64,000 nt of DNA from Octopus bimaculoides. Taxonomy: Eukaryota. A model generated the notes under the pieces. The model ran no database searches. It was not told the origin of the DNA and saw nothing but the letters and a program-made list of their open reading frames with translations. Positions 13,901 through 27,900 of the stretch are shown here, piece by piece. Every line of letters begins with the position of its first letter. Position 1 is the stretch's first letter. The position numbers were made by a program, and so were the translations under genes. The stretch covers positions 208,817 to 272,816 of the forward strand of contig NC_068993.1 in NCBI RefSeq assembly GCF_001194135.2. Direction: 5' to 3'.

Positions 13901-16900
13901 TGATAGTTGCAATATCCTTAAAAATTCTTACAATGAATTTGGAATCAAAAACTCTTTGTAACTTCTTCATGATTGTTCTATTGTGAAAGATGTTTTTTTT
14001 TTTCTTATAATTCTTGAAATATTCTTTTTATAGAAATAGGGATTAAACCTTAGAATATTCTGAAAAACAGAGACCATACCATTGACAGGTCAAATATTAC
14101 ACAGTATATACCCTATAAATACAATCTGGAATGGTTATTTTTATAAAAACCTGTTTATTTAATAGTTTACCACATAGCAATTGTTTTACATTATTTTAGA
14201 AATATTTCTCTCAACAAAATTTCTAATATTCCCCCAAAATATCCTTCTATAACATGTGGTGTCCCCAAGCAGATAGTTAATATAAGGGAGATAATCATTT
14301 CTTCAGTGATCTAGCAGGAGAGTTTGAAATCAAGAAGGAAAAGATAGAATACACATCTTTTCTTTTTTCTCCCCCCCCCCTCTACTCATTACAAAGATCT
14401 TAAAATTTCTAGTCAGTGGTAACTATGTATAGCACTATATCATTCATTTTAGAAATCTTCTGCATGACATTACCTGAACTATATCAATGAAACATTTTAT
14501 AAAAACAAGACATTTCTTATATTTTTCTCTAATATATTCCAGGGGGGATACATTCAAGCAGCAATAAGTGATTATCAGAATGTTATTGATCTTCATCCTC
14601 TTAATTCTGTAATTATCTTGAAACATGCTACACTTTCAATGAAGATTAGGTAAGTAGGGAAGCTATTCTTTTATTAGTTGAAGTTGTTGGATCCTGACCA
14701 TACTGGGGCATAATGCCTTCAAAGGCTTTCACTTTGATTGTTGGGGAAATAAAAACTATGGAAACCTATTGGAAGGATCATTGCTGTTGTGATATGGTAG
14801 ACTTAGACCATCACCTAGTCTAACACAACGCCCACCACTTGGTTCTTTAGCAGAGCCTATTCTATTACAAGCATTTATTTCATCTATGCCTCCAACTGAC
14901 GGATAACTTTCTCTTGGGCTCTGATAACGCCTACGGCTGCTGGCTTATATTTTTTCACTCAACCATTAACAGAAAGAAATGGTTCTAAATGTGATGGTCA
15001 TATTTGGAAAGCCACTGGTTTTAGGTTTGCTCAATCAGGTCTGACCTGGGCCTAAACAACAGCAACAACATTCTCCCTCTTGTAATCAAAATTCACTGGA
15101 TTAATTTGTCTATAAAACTTATTTCTAACATCAGGGAGCTGTATAGTCAATTATATTGACCCTGGGATATGACTGGTACTATATTTTATCAACTCCAGAA
15201 AGATGGAAAACAAAGTTAGCTTCATACTGAACCCTGAATGTAAAGGGATGGAACCTACATTTTATCCAATGCTGTAATTATTCTAGCTCCTTATAAAGAC
15301 GGAAGCTCTATTTTCTAGATTTTTGTTTATTCTGTTTTTTCTCATCATTCCAGAAAGTGGAATCTGGCACTGGCAGATTTTGATAAGTTAATAGAAATAT
15401 CTTTGAACGGTAATTATATTTTACAACGAGCTAAAATTTATATAGAATTAAAGAAGTTTCAATTGGCTCTAAAAGATTTATGTGATGCCATCCATCTGGA
15501 TCCAAATTCCTGGGAAGCCTATTATCTCCGTGGTTACCTACTGAAAAGGTACAGTATTGACAATTCGTTTGTAATTTCAGAATATATTTACATAACTCTT
15601 TTTTTGAAGACAAGACTTTCATGCAAAAGTTGTTAACATCCAGTGAAAAGCAGGTCCTCAGTGAAACAAAGAAGCTTCAATTTGGTCGTTAGGTGTACCA
15701 GAAATTGCAGCCAAATCTCCTTCTGTCCGGACAGATGATTAATAAGAATAGAACAAGTCTACCATTCCTTGCAAAACAACGTCTCTTCACTGTCAAAGAA
15801 TTCAATGTCTTTGCCAGACTATCACACTTTAGCTGTTGTGTTCTTATAGAACAATATTACTACTGCTAATACCTTTTGAGGTACACCCTATGAAAGAAGA
15901 ATTTGCTCTATTTGCTCTGTCAATGATTGTGACAGTTAAAATCTAACAGTTGACCAATTTTTCTTGAACTCATTTTGGTTTTTGCATAAGACCTTGACTT
16001 CAGGTTGCATATTGTTCAGCAACAATTTGTTGTAAATATTCGTAGCTCTTCTTATGTGAATAATCCCTCCATAATTTTTATCCATACCTAAATTATCTTT
16101 CTTGAGAAATGTAGAAATACAATTCCCAGTCCATTTTTCAATTGGGTTTTAATGAAGTTTTGCATTACAAAGTTGAGGGAGAGTATCATTGTATACTTCC
16201 ATCTACCAAACTTCTGGTGGTATATTATCAATGAAACAGACTAATACATGTCTATCAGATTATATTTGCCCTCCCCACATCACAGGAATAAGATTTTGGT
16301 GTTGTAAACGTGCGAATTATTTAGTTATCTCCCCTTAGATTTAAACATTTTTTTGTTTGTTTTTTTAGAGCTTACTTTACGTAAATATTGCTTTCAATTT
16401 TTCATACCACATAAGGGCCTTTGCACTTACTTCAGTTTATGATACTTTAATTAGTATCTTACACTCACTTCATTATTATTCTCATCACTACAAATATATT
16501 CCCCCACTCCACCTCAGACGTTCTAGTTTTATTGTGTAATGTAACACATTAAGATATTTGTCAGATATTACAGCAATGTGTGTCTTTTAATGATTTTCTT
16601 TTGTATTTTCATTTCAGGCACAATATAAAGCAAGCTGTTTCAGATTTTAGTTTAAGTTTATTTCTGAATGATAAGCAAGAAAACATGACCTCTTATTATC
16701 AAAGAGGTCAGCTCTATATGAAACTTGAACTGTAAGTATAAAAAAGATTATTTTTTTATAATAGCTTCGTCAGATAAGAAGAGCTATACCATTGCCACTT
16801 TTCAGTGTCTTTGAGGCTGGTTGGATGAAAAGAGAAAACTTGAGAGTTCAATTGGGGTTCTGCTACATATAAGGCACTTTGGATTGTGCCTTAAATTTCA

Positions 16901-19900
16901 GCTCCTTAAAAATAGTATCTGTATAGTAGTTGGTTGCATGAATTTAGCCGATAAATTTCCCCTTTTAAATGTATATATACAGTTTTTATCGGGGATTTTT
17001 TTAACAAAAACAGAATGAATCGTTCACATTACAGAAATTTGATAAAGCAAAACAGTTCAATAGACCAAAATATTTCTCCATCAGTTCCAGTAATAACTCA
17101 CCGTCATCATTTTACATCTGCTTTCTATGCTGGCTCAGATTCGATGGATCGTCATAGTTTAAATCAGTTCTTTTATATGGGGTCACTTCTTAAATCATAC
17201 AAATACTAATACCACAGACTTTGATTTTAAACCTACTACATGACTTTAGTTATTGCAATTTGTCTGAAAGACTTGTACAAATATCTAAAACAGAGGTTTG
17301 AGCAGCAAAACATTGTAACTCTTTCATTATTCTACTCTCCTGTAAGGGTTAGGGTTAGGGTTAGGCAGAACGGTTAGCACGCCAGACGAAATGCTTAGAG
17401 TATTTCGTCTGTCTTTATGTTCTGAGTTCAAATTCTGTTGAGATCGACTTTGCCTTTCATCCTTTCAGGGTCGATTAATTAAGTACCAGTTGCGTACTGG
17501 GGGTCGATCTAATCAAATGGACCCCTCCCCAAAAATTTCGGGCCTTGTGCTTAGATTATTCTACTCTCCTCCCCTTCTTTCCTCTCTTTCCCTTCTCTCC
17601 TCCTCCCTGTCCTCTTCTACTCTCTCTCTACAGTTTTCCTCTTCCTCTCCCCTTCCTGCTATTTTCTACTCTTCTCCCTTTTCTTCTTCCATCTCTCCTC
17701 CTCCTCTTCATCTTCTCTTTGACTATATCAAAGGTTTTAGAAAACCCAATTGTCCAGAAAATGTCTCATAACCCTAACCCTACCCATCTTGATCTCGTTA
17801 TATCTGTCACCCATGGCAATTGCTAACTGTTATGATGATTATTATTAAAATGATGGTTAAAATTCCATTTATGATTCTCTATTTTTCTCTTCGAGCATTC
17901 ATCAAGCCATCAGTGATTTCCTGTGTATTCTTCAATTTCAACCAAACCATGTAAATTCTCTGCTCACTTTGGGACATATTTATTCAAGATACATCCAAAA
18001 TTATAAGAAGTATGTTCAATTCTTTGCTCAAGCGATCTACTGCAAAATTATATCCCATGACTAACAACAACATAAAAAATAGAGTTCTGGTTTTTTTTTT
18101 AAAGTTTGTAGAAATTTTTTTTAATAATGCCAGTGTTTCCTGTATAGCTATATATGTCTCTCCCTCTCTCTTTCTTTCTCTCCCCCTCTCTCGCTCTCTC
18201 TCCGTATGTGTGTATATATATATATATACATACATACACACACATACACACACATACACCATATTTTCCAGCTTATAAGGCATGCTTTTTACCCAACAAT
18301 TCCCACAAAACCTCACCCTGCACCTTATATGCTGAAGGTCAGGCTTTGGAGAGGCTTGTGCAACTGACAAGTGTTAATTTTAGTGCTACAGTAAGGCCTG
18401 AAGTATAAATTAAAAATACATATGTAGCTATATTAGGAAATTACAGATAAATTTATTCAGTATATATTAAGCAAATCTGTATCCTCAGTAGTTGTGTGCT
18501 TGTGTTTGTATGTATGAGAGGATAGCTATCAGTATTGCTGAAACAAAAGTGGTGATATTTGTTAATGTTAAGGTAAGTAACTTAGCCAAGAATAACTGCT
18601 TACCAAAGGACATCAGCCTAAATTTTCATGGTTCCTATACATGGAAATGTGTGAAATATTCAGTTCTGGGATTCAGAGTTGGCTGCAGTTGTTTTTTGTT
18701 GTTTTTTTTTCTGCAGATTAGGCCTGCCACAATTGGGATGGACCTTATAGGCCTGAAAATATGGTGTGTATGTGTATGTATATCTATGTGTGTGTGGTCA
18801 AAAGTGATAAGCATTCCTTTGTTGGACATCCATTAATGCCATATCGCCTAAAGAAATGAATCTGTGAAGATGATCAACCCAAAGACCACGGACACTACTG
18901 ACCGCACTGTAATCATCCCAGAAACACAGACCGTGATCTTAAGAGACATGTGATTTGTGGAAACGTGCATAGCAATGCATTAAATGTTTATAAATTCCAT
19001 CCAAAGACTATTGTTATTATTATTATTATGGCTCAGTGGTTAGAGCGTCAAGCTTACGGTCGTGAAGTTGTGAGTTTGAATCCCAGACTGGGCTGCATGT
19101 TGTGTTCTTGAGCAAAACACTTTATTTCACGTTGCTCCAGTTCACTTAGCTGTAGAAATAAGTTGCAACATCATAGGTGTCAAGCTGTATCGGCCCCTTT
19201 GCCTTTCCCTTGGATAACACTGGTGGCATGGAGAGGGGAGGCTGGTATGCATGGGCGACTGCTGGTCTTTCATAAACAACCTTGCCTGGACTTGTGTCTG
19301 GGAGGGTAACTTTCTAGGTGCAATCCCATGGTCAGTCATGACCGAAGGGGTCTCAGCATTGTTATTATTATTATTATTATTATATATACATACATACACA
19401 AGCACGCGCACGCATACATACACATACACAGCAATGCACTACATTAGTTTCATATAATAGCTGAAACCCTAGTACTTGGTGCTGCAACCACAATGTATCC
19501 TCAATTCTGACTGATAATCAGTCAAACAATAACATTTATGTATTTCTGTCTCATTTTTAGTAATTTTTTTCTATTCGGCAGAGCTTTAATGTATTACACA
19601 CATGTAATAAACTTGGAACCGACATCTATTAGAGGTTATTTCTCCCGTGCTCAGGTTTATCAAAAACTTGAACAGGTAAATATTGGAAGTATATTTTGAT
19701 GGCTTGTAACTTATTAATCTAATGAGAATGACATATTCTGAATATGAATATCTTGTTTTAAAGTGTTTGTTATATTTTAAAAGTTTCAATTCTGACTGGA
19801 AGATTGATATTGATGTTGTTTTTGTAAATCAACAACCAGAAACGAGGTGAGTCTTCAGTTGTGTTGCTTTGAATGACTTCATGGAAACCTGTTATTTAGC

Positions 19901-22900
19901 CCCAGGTCAACCTTGATCTAACCTCTGAACTAACAGTTCTTCTATTCATAATCATCCACACTATCATTCAAAGGTTACTTAGGGCTACATTATCTGATGT
20001 TTCTTTTTCAAAATAATAGATTATTGCTTGACCTCGATTTGACTATTATTTCCAGCAGGCCAACCAACCACCAAGAAGTTCTTCCATTGGCTCGTGGGCA
20101 CTAAATAATTTAATATTGTTTTATCAGAGAATCACAAAAATGGCATTTAAATATAGATGTTCACCATCTATTGTAACTCTACCCTTTTAGCTGGACCATT
20201 ATGGTTGATAAGCATCAAGAATGAAACTGTCAACTGTTGAGTCACTTTTGTGATTTTCTGCTGGTTACTGAAATAAATATCTTCTTAGTGATGCCAGGAG
20301 AATAGTGGTAATTCTTTTATGAATCTTAGAGGATAATGAAGCATGCAGATCAGATCTTTTTCTTTAAAAGTTAAAATCCTAAAAATCTCTGTTAAGTCTT
20401 GAAACAATATTAGAGAAGAGAATCAATCACGAAGTTAATCCATGTTCCATCAGAAAATTAAAGGCAGTTTCTAAATCAATGAAGAATACATTAATTTCAG
20501 ATCTAGTTGGTTTGGCTGCCAGCAAGGTCAATTTTGCTTTCCCTTCCATCATTCTGGGATCAGTGAAATAAATTTCTAGAGTTAATTTATATTCTTATAA
20601 GGCATCATAGATTTGAATGGAATCATAATAGAAGAGACACCAGAAAGATGAAAAACAAAGTTGAGCTCAGTGTGATTTGAACTCAGAACATATGAAGGAG
20701 GAGAGAGAGAGACACTTAAGTCTACAAAAGTTACAATTCTGTATGAGTACAGAGCCATGTTTTGTGTCTTTACAGTACTCTGATGCCTTGAAAGATCTCA
20801 TCATTGTAATTCATATTCAGCCCAATAACTATAGAGGCTACCTTCATTTGGTAAGTTTTTTAAAAAATTATATTTGTGTACTATTGATTAATTGCATATA
20901 TAGTTGTTGAGTACAGCTATGGCCCTATCGTTAACAAGTTCATTTTGTGGTTTTAAGTTTGATCACATAATGTAGCTTCTTGAGCAAAGAAAGTCAGTAA
21001 AATTTGATAAATCGAAACTGTGTAGAAATCCATTGGGAGGAGCATTCTTTTCATTGGATGCAAAACTTGCTTTTTACTTGCCATGGGTTGAACTCTACTA
21101 GAGGCAGCCTTCAGGTCAGGTTTCCAGCTTCAGGACCTCCTCTGTGGAAACGGTTCACTTGTTACCACAAAAAGAGATAAATATCTTGTTACCAAGATAC
21201 AAAGATCAATGACTGACTGGAAATACACCAATAATTCAAGGAATATAACAATACGACCGTCTTGTGGAAACGGTTAGTTTATTAACACAAAAAGAGATAG
21301 ATATGTACAGTTGATTTGTCTCCTTCAAGTGCAACAACTCTTTTTATCTGTTTGATCATAAATATGTCCAGAAGTTCATTGTAGGAATTGTTATATAATG
21401 GCTGCGGCCTTTTTCTTCTCTTCAACTGGTTGTTTTCATCTAGATGTCTGAACCTCGACTCACTAATCATTGACAATCTTAGCTTTTGTATACAATATTT
21501 TGTTCTGTGTTTATTTTTAAATTTGCTAACACTATTAATCATGACATCAACCCCACTACAAAAAACAATTTCTAAAATACACATCACAACTTTCTTCCAT
21601 CCATCTTCGGGACCCTAAAAAGAGAGTTACGAAGACTGTTTTTCTTCCTTTAGTTCAGTCATTAAGAAAAAAAACAAATGTTTAGAATATTGGAATATTG
21701 TTTGATATGTAACAATATGTTTGAAAGAGATGGTACAATTAAAAACTGTTTGGTTCTCAATGGAATAAGTCTACCTTGATCGATAATGAGTAAATGACAA
21801 TGTTTCTAAACAGAAATAGTTACTAGAATGAGGTGGTGGCAGTAGAATTAGGGGACATTGGGCTGCTACATAAACTCCTTTTGTTCTTTATATATTTTTA
21901 ATGGCTTAGTGATGGAGGAAAGACAATATTCAGGACTATTTTAGGGATTTTTGAGACTGGTGAGAAGGCAGAGCCCTGAATGTTTTCCACAGACTAGAGA
22001 TTATTAAAGACCTCGGGGTACCAGGTTGTGGTGTTAAACTCTATATTCTTGTTGTTTAATGTTAACCTTTGACAGCAAAATTGGCAAAGTTGATAAGAAT
22101 GTTGGATGGAATACTTTGTGGTATTTGTTCTGACTTTCTATGTTCTGAGTTCAGATCACAGTGAAATCAAGTTTGCATTTCATACTTTCACACCCAATTA
22201 AAGGAGTACCAATAGAGGATAAGTTGATTACTTGTGCTGTCTGTTCCAGGTGTTTATTGTTCTAACAGCAATGCATGCCTGCAATGACACTAGTGCCAAG
22301 CTGTATTTTGGCCCATGTCAGAGGTATTTCTGTTGGATAAACACCAAACATTCATGGACAACTGCCAATCTTAAAAACATCTTGCTGAGGCCTGCACATA
22401 CATGCACAGTCTACATAAAATGAACTGTTCCGCTAAATGCATCCAAACGCCAGCTAGTGGTGTTCAACAAGGAGGACTGTAGAGTCCATTCATTAGGTTT
22501 CCACACAGTTCCTATTTATTTCACTCACAAAACTTAAGATCAGCTCTGGACCACAGTATTTATTTATGAAACTTTGTGTTCAAAGTTCAAACCCCACCGT
22601 TAACTTTGCATTTTTTCTGGATTTAATAAAATAATTAGCAGTCAAATATTGAGGTTGATTCAATTAATTGGAGCCCCACCCCAATCAACAGAGTTGCTTT
22701 GTGCCATGTTTAAAGCTATTATTGATTTCATGAAACTCCTTTTGTGCTTTTTATTTATTCATCTTTCTGTTGCTTATACATTTGAATTTTTCTTTTGTGG
22801 AAACTTTTCAGGGTTACATAAATTTAAAGCTGGGCAACTTTGCCTTGTCACATGCTTTCCTTAGGTAAGTGAGTTTTCAGTTTTTGCACACCAAGTGTAA

Positions 22901-24877
22901 CATCTGTGTTTAGCAGAATTGTTAAATGCTTCATTGGAAGACAGATGGCAAATGAGTAGGATTAAATTATATATATGTGCTCTTTTACTCTTTTACTTGT
23001 TTCAGTCATTTGACTGCGGCCATGCTGGAGCATCGCCTTTAGTCGAACAAATCAACCCCAGGACTTATTCTTTGTAAGCCTTGTACTTATTCTATCAGTC
23101 TCTTTTGCCGAACCGCTAAGTTACGGGGACGTAAACACACTAGCATCGGTTGTCAAGCGATGGTGGGGGAACAAACACAGACACACAAACACATACATAT
23201 ATACATATATACAACGGGCTTCTTTCAGTTTCCGTCTACCAAATCCACTCACAAGGCTTTGGTCGGCCCGAGGCTATAGTAGAAGACACTTGCCCAAAGT
23301 GCCACGCAGTGGGACTGAACCCGGAACCATGTGGTTGGTAAGCAAGCTACTTACCACACAGCCACTCCTGCGCCTATGTATATATATATTTTACAACACT
23401 TTTCCTTTAACGACCCAATAATGTGATCCCCAGTTTGTGGGATCACATGATCCCACAAACTCTCCTTATTTGAACACCCTGCACTATGGTAAATGGGACA
23501 TTGTTGGTGTGGTACAGAGGCCTCATGATGTTAACAACTCGTTTGACTCTGCCATCATGGAGATGGAGTGTGGTGTCGGTGGTGGCTTATTTGATTCTGG
23601 TATGAAGTTGTGTGTGGTTATGTGGAATGGCTTGTTTCTTTGATGTATTTATTTTAACACATCTCACCCCCATTTCTTTTTTTTTTTTTGGTCTAAGATA
23701 CTCTCAGTTATCTGACACAACCTGTATTCTTGTTCTACATGTCTTTTTATCACACTTTTAGTTTGGCTGCTGAAAGAAGTTCTGAAACTGGCATTGGTTT
23801 AACTTCGGAAATGTCAATGGTTCATTTATTTCTCGGAAATATTTCTACTGTAAGTTCATTGACCCTGTTTAATGCTGCTGCTATTGTTGTTGTTGTTGTT
23901 GTTGTTGGCGGCTGTGGCGGCATTGCTGCTGCTGTGGCTGTTATAGTTGTCATGGTTACTGCTACTGTTGTTTAGCCCTAGGTTGTCCTTGACTGAAGGG
24001 ACCAATGATATGATGTCCCAGACACACTCATCCCACTTGGGACCACATTATCCAATTTTCTCCTCATTCATTTCAAGACTGTAATTTCAGTGAGATTTAG
24101 CTACAGTTTTGCACCAGTCTTGTATCAATTAGAGAATCCTATTACAGTGTTTTGTGTTTTCTGAAAGCAATTGGTCCAAATGAAACTTCCAATTACATTT
24201 TAAAGTAAATGTCTGATGTACTAATTTATATGAAATGATTTAACAAAAAAAAAAATTAAAAAAAACGAAAAACTAAATCCTGTTTATAAATTAATAAAGG
24301 ACTGAACCAGTGCGTGTGTTTATTTTCCGGCATAATGCCTCTCCCAAGGTTTAATCGTATTTCTTTCAACACACATATCCACATCAAGAATCTTGCACAC
24401 GAAATACACATACGAAATATATATATATATATATAATTTTTCAAAGTAAACTCTGTAATCGTTACCAATATAGCATAAGATTTCACCTCAAAGGATCATT
24501 GATTAGATTCCTTAAGGATCTTTCTCATTGTTTATATTTCCAAAGTTTCAAATTTATACATTTAAAAAGGAGAGATTCAACACTGGATTTATATATCCTA
24601 ATTCTTCATTCAATGTAAACATTTCTGTGTTTGACTATATTCAACCATTAATAAGTTAAATATATTAATCGTCTCACACGTCAGCAGGAATGATTTTCAT
24701 TAGAACAAAAAACCAAAAGAAAACATAATGAATCGATCGAACAAATCAAATTTTAAAAAACTATACCATTTTCCGTTAAACATGAGGTCTAAATGTTTAC
24801 ATTGAATGAAGAATTTGTATATATAAATCCGGTGTTGAATCTCTCCTTTTTAAATGTATAAATTTGAAACTTTGGAA

Positions 24878-24913
<36 letters not shown>

Positions 24914-27900
24914 CTTATTTCAGGCACTTGATATTCTAAAGTACAACATTATCAAAGACCCATGTTCGATTCCACTGCTCCAAATGTTAGCCAAAGTTCA
25001 GATAGTAGACTTCCGTTACCGCGAGGCTCTTCAAACCTATTTCTTAATGAAAGATATTATGGTAAGTCAAATACACAAATATTTTTCAGTACAGCAATTA
25101 TTTTCTACTAGAGAAATGTTTTCTAAACATCTTATTTCATAGAATAGGCATACAATAATATTGCCATGGTTACAAGCCTCCAACAGGCAACCCACGCCAG
25201 CATGAAACATGTACATTAAACAATGATGGTGATGATGATGATGATGATGATGATAACAATTCCAAGGGATTGTTTAGTGCTTTTGCTGATATAAATACAT
25301 CAATGAAGCACACACACACAATATCTGATAGTCCTGCATCTTTGTCATCACCATCCAGATTTATATCAATACAAAACCTCATCTGTGGTCAGTTCATTTG
25401 TATAAACTCATCTGTGTGTTTCTATTTACTGAATGCTTCTGATTTAGCATTTATCTCTGATCTTTCAAAATCTTGCTAAAACCTGAGTCTTTTTTCAGTG
25501 GTGCAGAGGCCACACCTTTCACTGCCAGTTACATAAGATCTAACAGCTTTCAATAATTCTTTTGTTGATATTATAATTCGCAGATGTTTCTTTTGAAAAC
25601 CAGATGTAACTCAAGAGCCTTGTTAACTTTCTTCGTCTATCAATCTTCCTGAAGAAAGAGGTGTGACTATAAACAGCATAGCACTTGAGGGTGATGTAAA
25701 GGTTCAGGTCTTCCTATTTACCATTTACTTCATATATAGTGGCCCCTGTATTGCAGGATCCATTCAGTAGGGTTAGGGTTAGGGTTGTAATGTTGTTTCT
25801 ACTTGTTGGTACTAGAAATAATATAAAATACAATTAATTAAAAAGGATTTCTTTTACAGAAACCAGAAAAGAAAATCTGGCCAGAAGGAGCTGATGATCT
25901 GTTTTATGATATCGGACGAGTCCATATGAAACTGGAGGAGTACGAGGAGGCATTCAATGCTTTTAATCAAGCTCTCAAGATAAACCGATGTCATAAAGAT
26001 GTAAATATTTTTCATGTTTAGTTCTTTTTCCAGAACTGTGATTTGTCACTGTTGTTGATGTGGATGAAGATATTTTTTTTCTTTTTTGTCATTGTTGTTT
26101 AACCCCTGGTCAGTACTGATCCAGCAGACCTGTGATCTAAAACAGTGAAGCTATGACCATCTTGACTTTTATGCATTGTGTACCATTGACTACATTATCC
26201 AATGTGCCTTTTTCTTAAGATGGTAGAGTATAACCTGAGGGAGATTAAGCTGTAATTTCTAGCAGTTCAAGAAGGCTCTTTCATTGATTTAGTCATGTGA
26301 CCTATATTATGAGCATGTGTCTAGGTGAATCTAGAGGTGAATTAATCATAATGGTACCAGACGTCTTTCTCTTTGTAATGTCACAATTCTTTATATCATT
26401 ACCTCACTGTTAGAAATTCCATCTTCTTGCAGAAGAAGCAACACATGCATCCCAAATTCAGACAGACATCTTATTGACTCCATTATGGTCAAGTCAGCAA
26501 ACTTCAAAGATGTTCTGCTCATCCATGCAATGTGGGGAAACGACTGTTGGAGAGACCATTGTCTAATACTAACAAACACCAGACCACAATGTGTGAGCCC
26601 CTTATGACACAAACATCAAATATCAAGAAACATGATTACTGCAAGCTTGACCAGATATTGATGCAATGACTTTCATCACTTTCTGGCTATCAAACTAAAA
26701 TCTTGAGAGGGGAAGCATTGGAGGAGGAGGTGACTTTGTGCCAGGTGATGAAAGGTTAGAGTGTGACAGAGAGACAGAAACAAGTGTCTTGTTGTAGAGG
26801 AGAGGTACACGGTTACTCAGTCCGAGAGAGAGAGAGAATGATTCAAGAATGAGGACAGAAGCAAGTGTGTTGCTGTAGGGGAGATAGATAGTTACCCAGT
26901 GAGCAGGAGAGAGATGGTACTGAAGTAGCAGGGCATACTCATATAGAACAGGGATCAGGATATAAATGGAATGGTAGAGTAGAACAAAAGAGAGATAGAT
27001 AGTGGCATAGCACCAGGGTGTACCCTCTGAGTATGAGGGTCAGAATACAAATGGTAGGGTATTGCCAAAGGTGCATGAGTAGGAAGTATAGATTTCACAT
27101 GGATGCAAAGAGTGTTGGGGGTGGAAAATGCAGTGACTGGTGAAACCTGGGTACATAGAGGGGGTGGAGGTACAACAGTGAGGACAGGATTGGGGAGCAA
27201 GAGATATGCATAAGCATAGTCATGAAAAGAGGAAATGTGAGGAAGAGAAGAGATGAAGTTTGGTTGGCTGGGACAGAGTGTGGGGAAAGTTTTATTGTTG
27301 TTACATGTGGTTGGAACCCACAGTGCTTCTAGAACTCAATCTCAGTGAGTCTTCTCAAGAACTCCATATTGCCAAACATCTTTTTCATAATTTTAAGTTA
27401 GAACCTTTTATACAAAAAAGTCTCAAACACCAGATTTATAATTTATTTTACTTAATCCTTTGTCTTGATTATATCCAAAATTAATTGAAACACATGGATG
27501 GCATTGTGTTCCATTACCTACATGGTAATAAATGGTCTTTAAAAACATGTATCAGGGAGTACTGTACATTGAGTGGATATGGAGTCAGAGGTACTTCAAC
27601 TTTGACCTCTCTTATTTTATACTGAAACAGTATATATTGGACTACATTAGGCATGTATGCTTTTTAAATGACAGTAAAGTGTGATTTGAGGTTGTTTTGA
27701 CTGCTATTTCTAGCAGACCAAACAGCTACATAGAGGTTCTCTCAATTCTTCATCTATATTTGTGTTGGTGTTGATCAACTGAAATATTATAAGATTATTG
27801 ATGCTATTATATTTTATTTAAACATTCTAATTAAATATAAATACTTCATAAACATTCTAATTAAATATAAATACTTCATAAACATTCTAATTAAATATAA

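Noticed and set aside
18925-18975. Third possible hammerhead (CTTAAGA...GAAACGTG)
   Set aside because: The core is mutated and helices I and II are not convincingly paired.
23290-23374. tRNA-like A/B boxes (also 19028 and 5931) as tRNA genes
   Set aside because: No full cloverleaf or terminator, and they continue into multi-copy SINE bodies.
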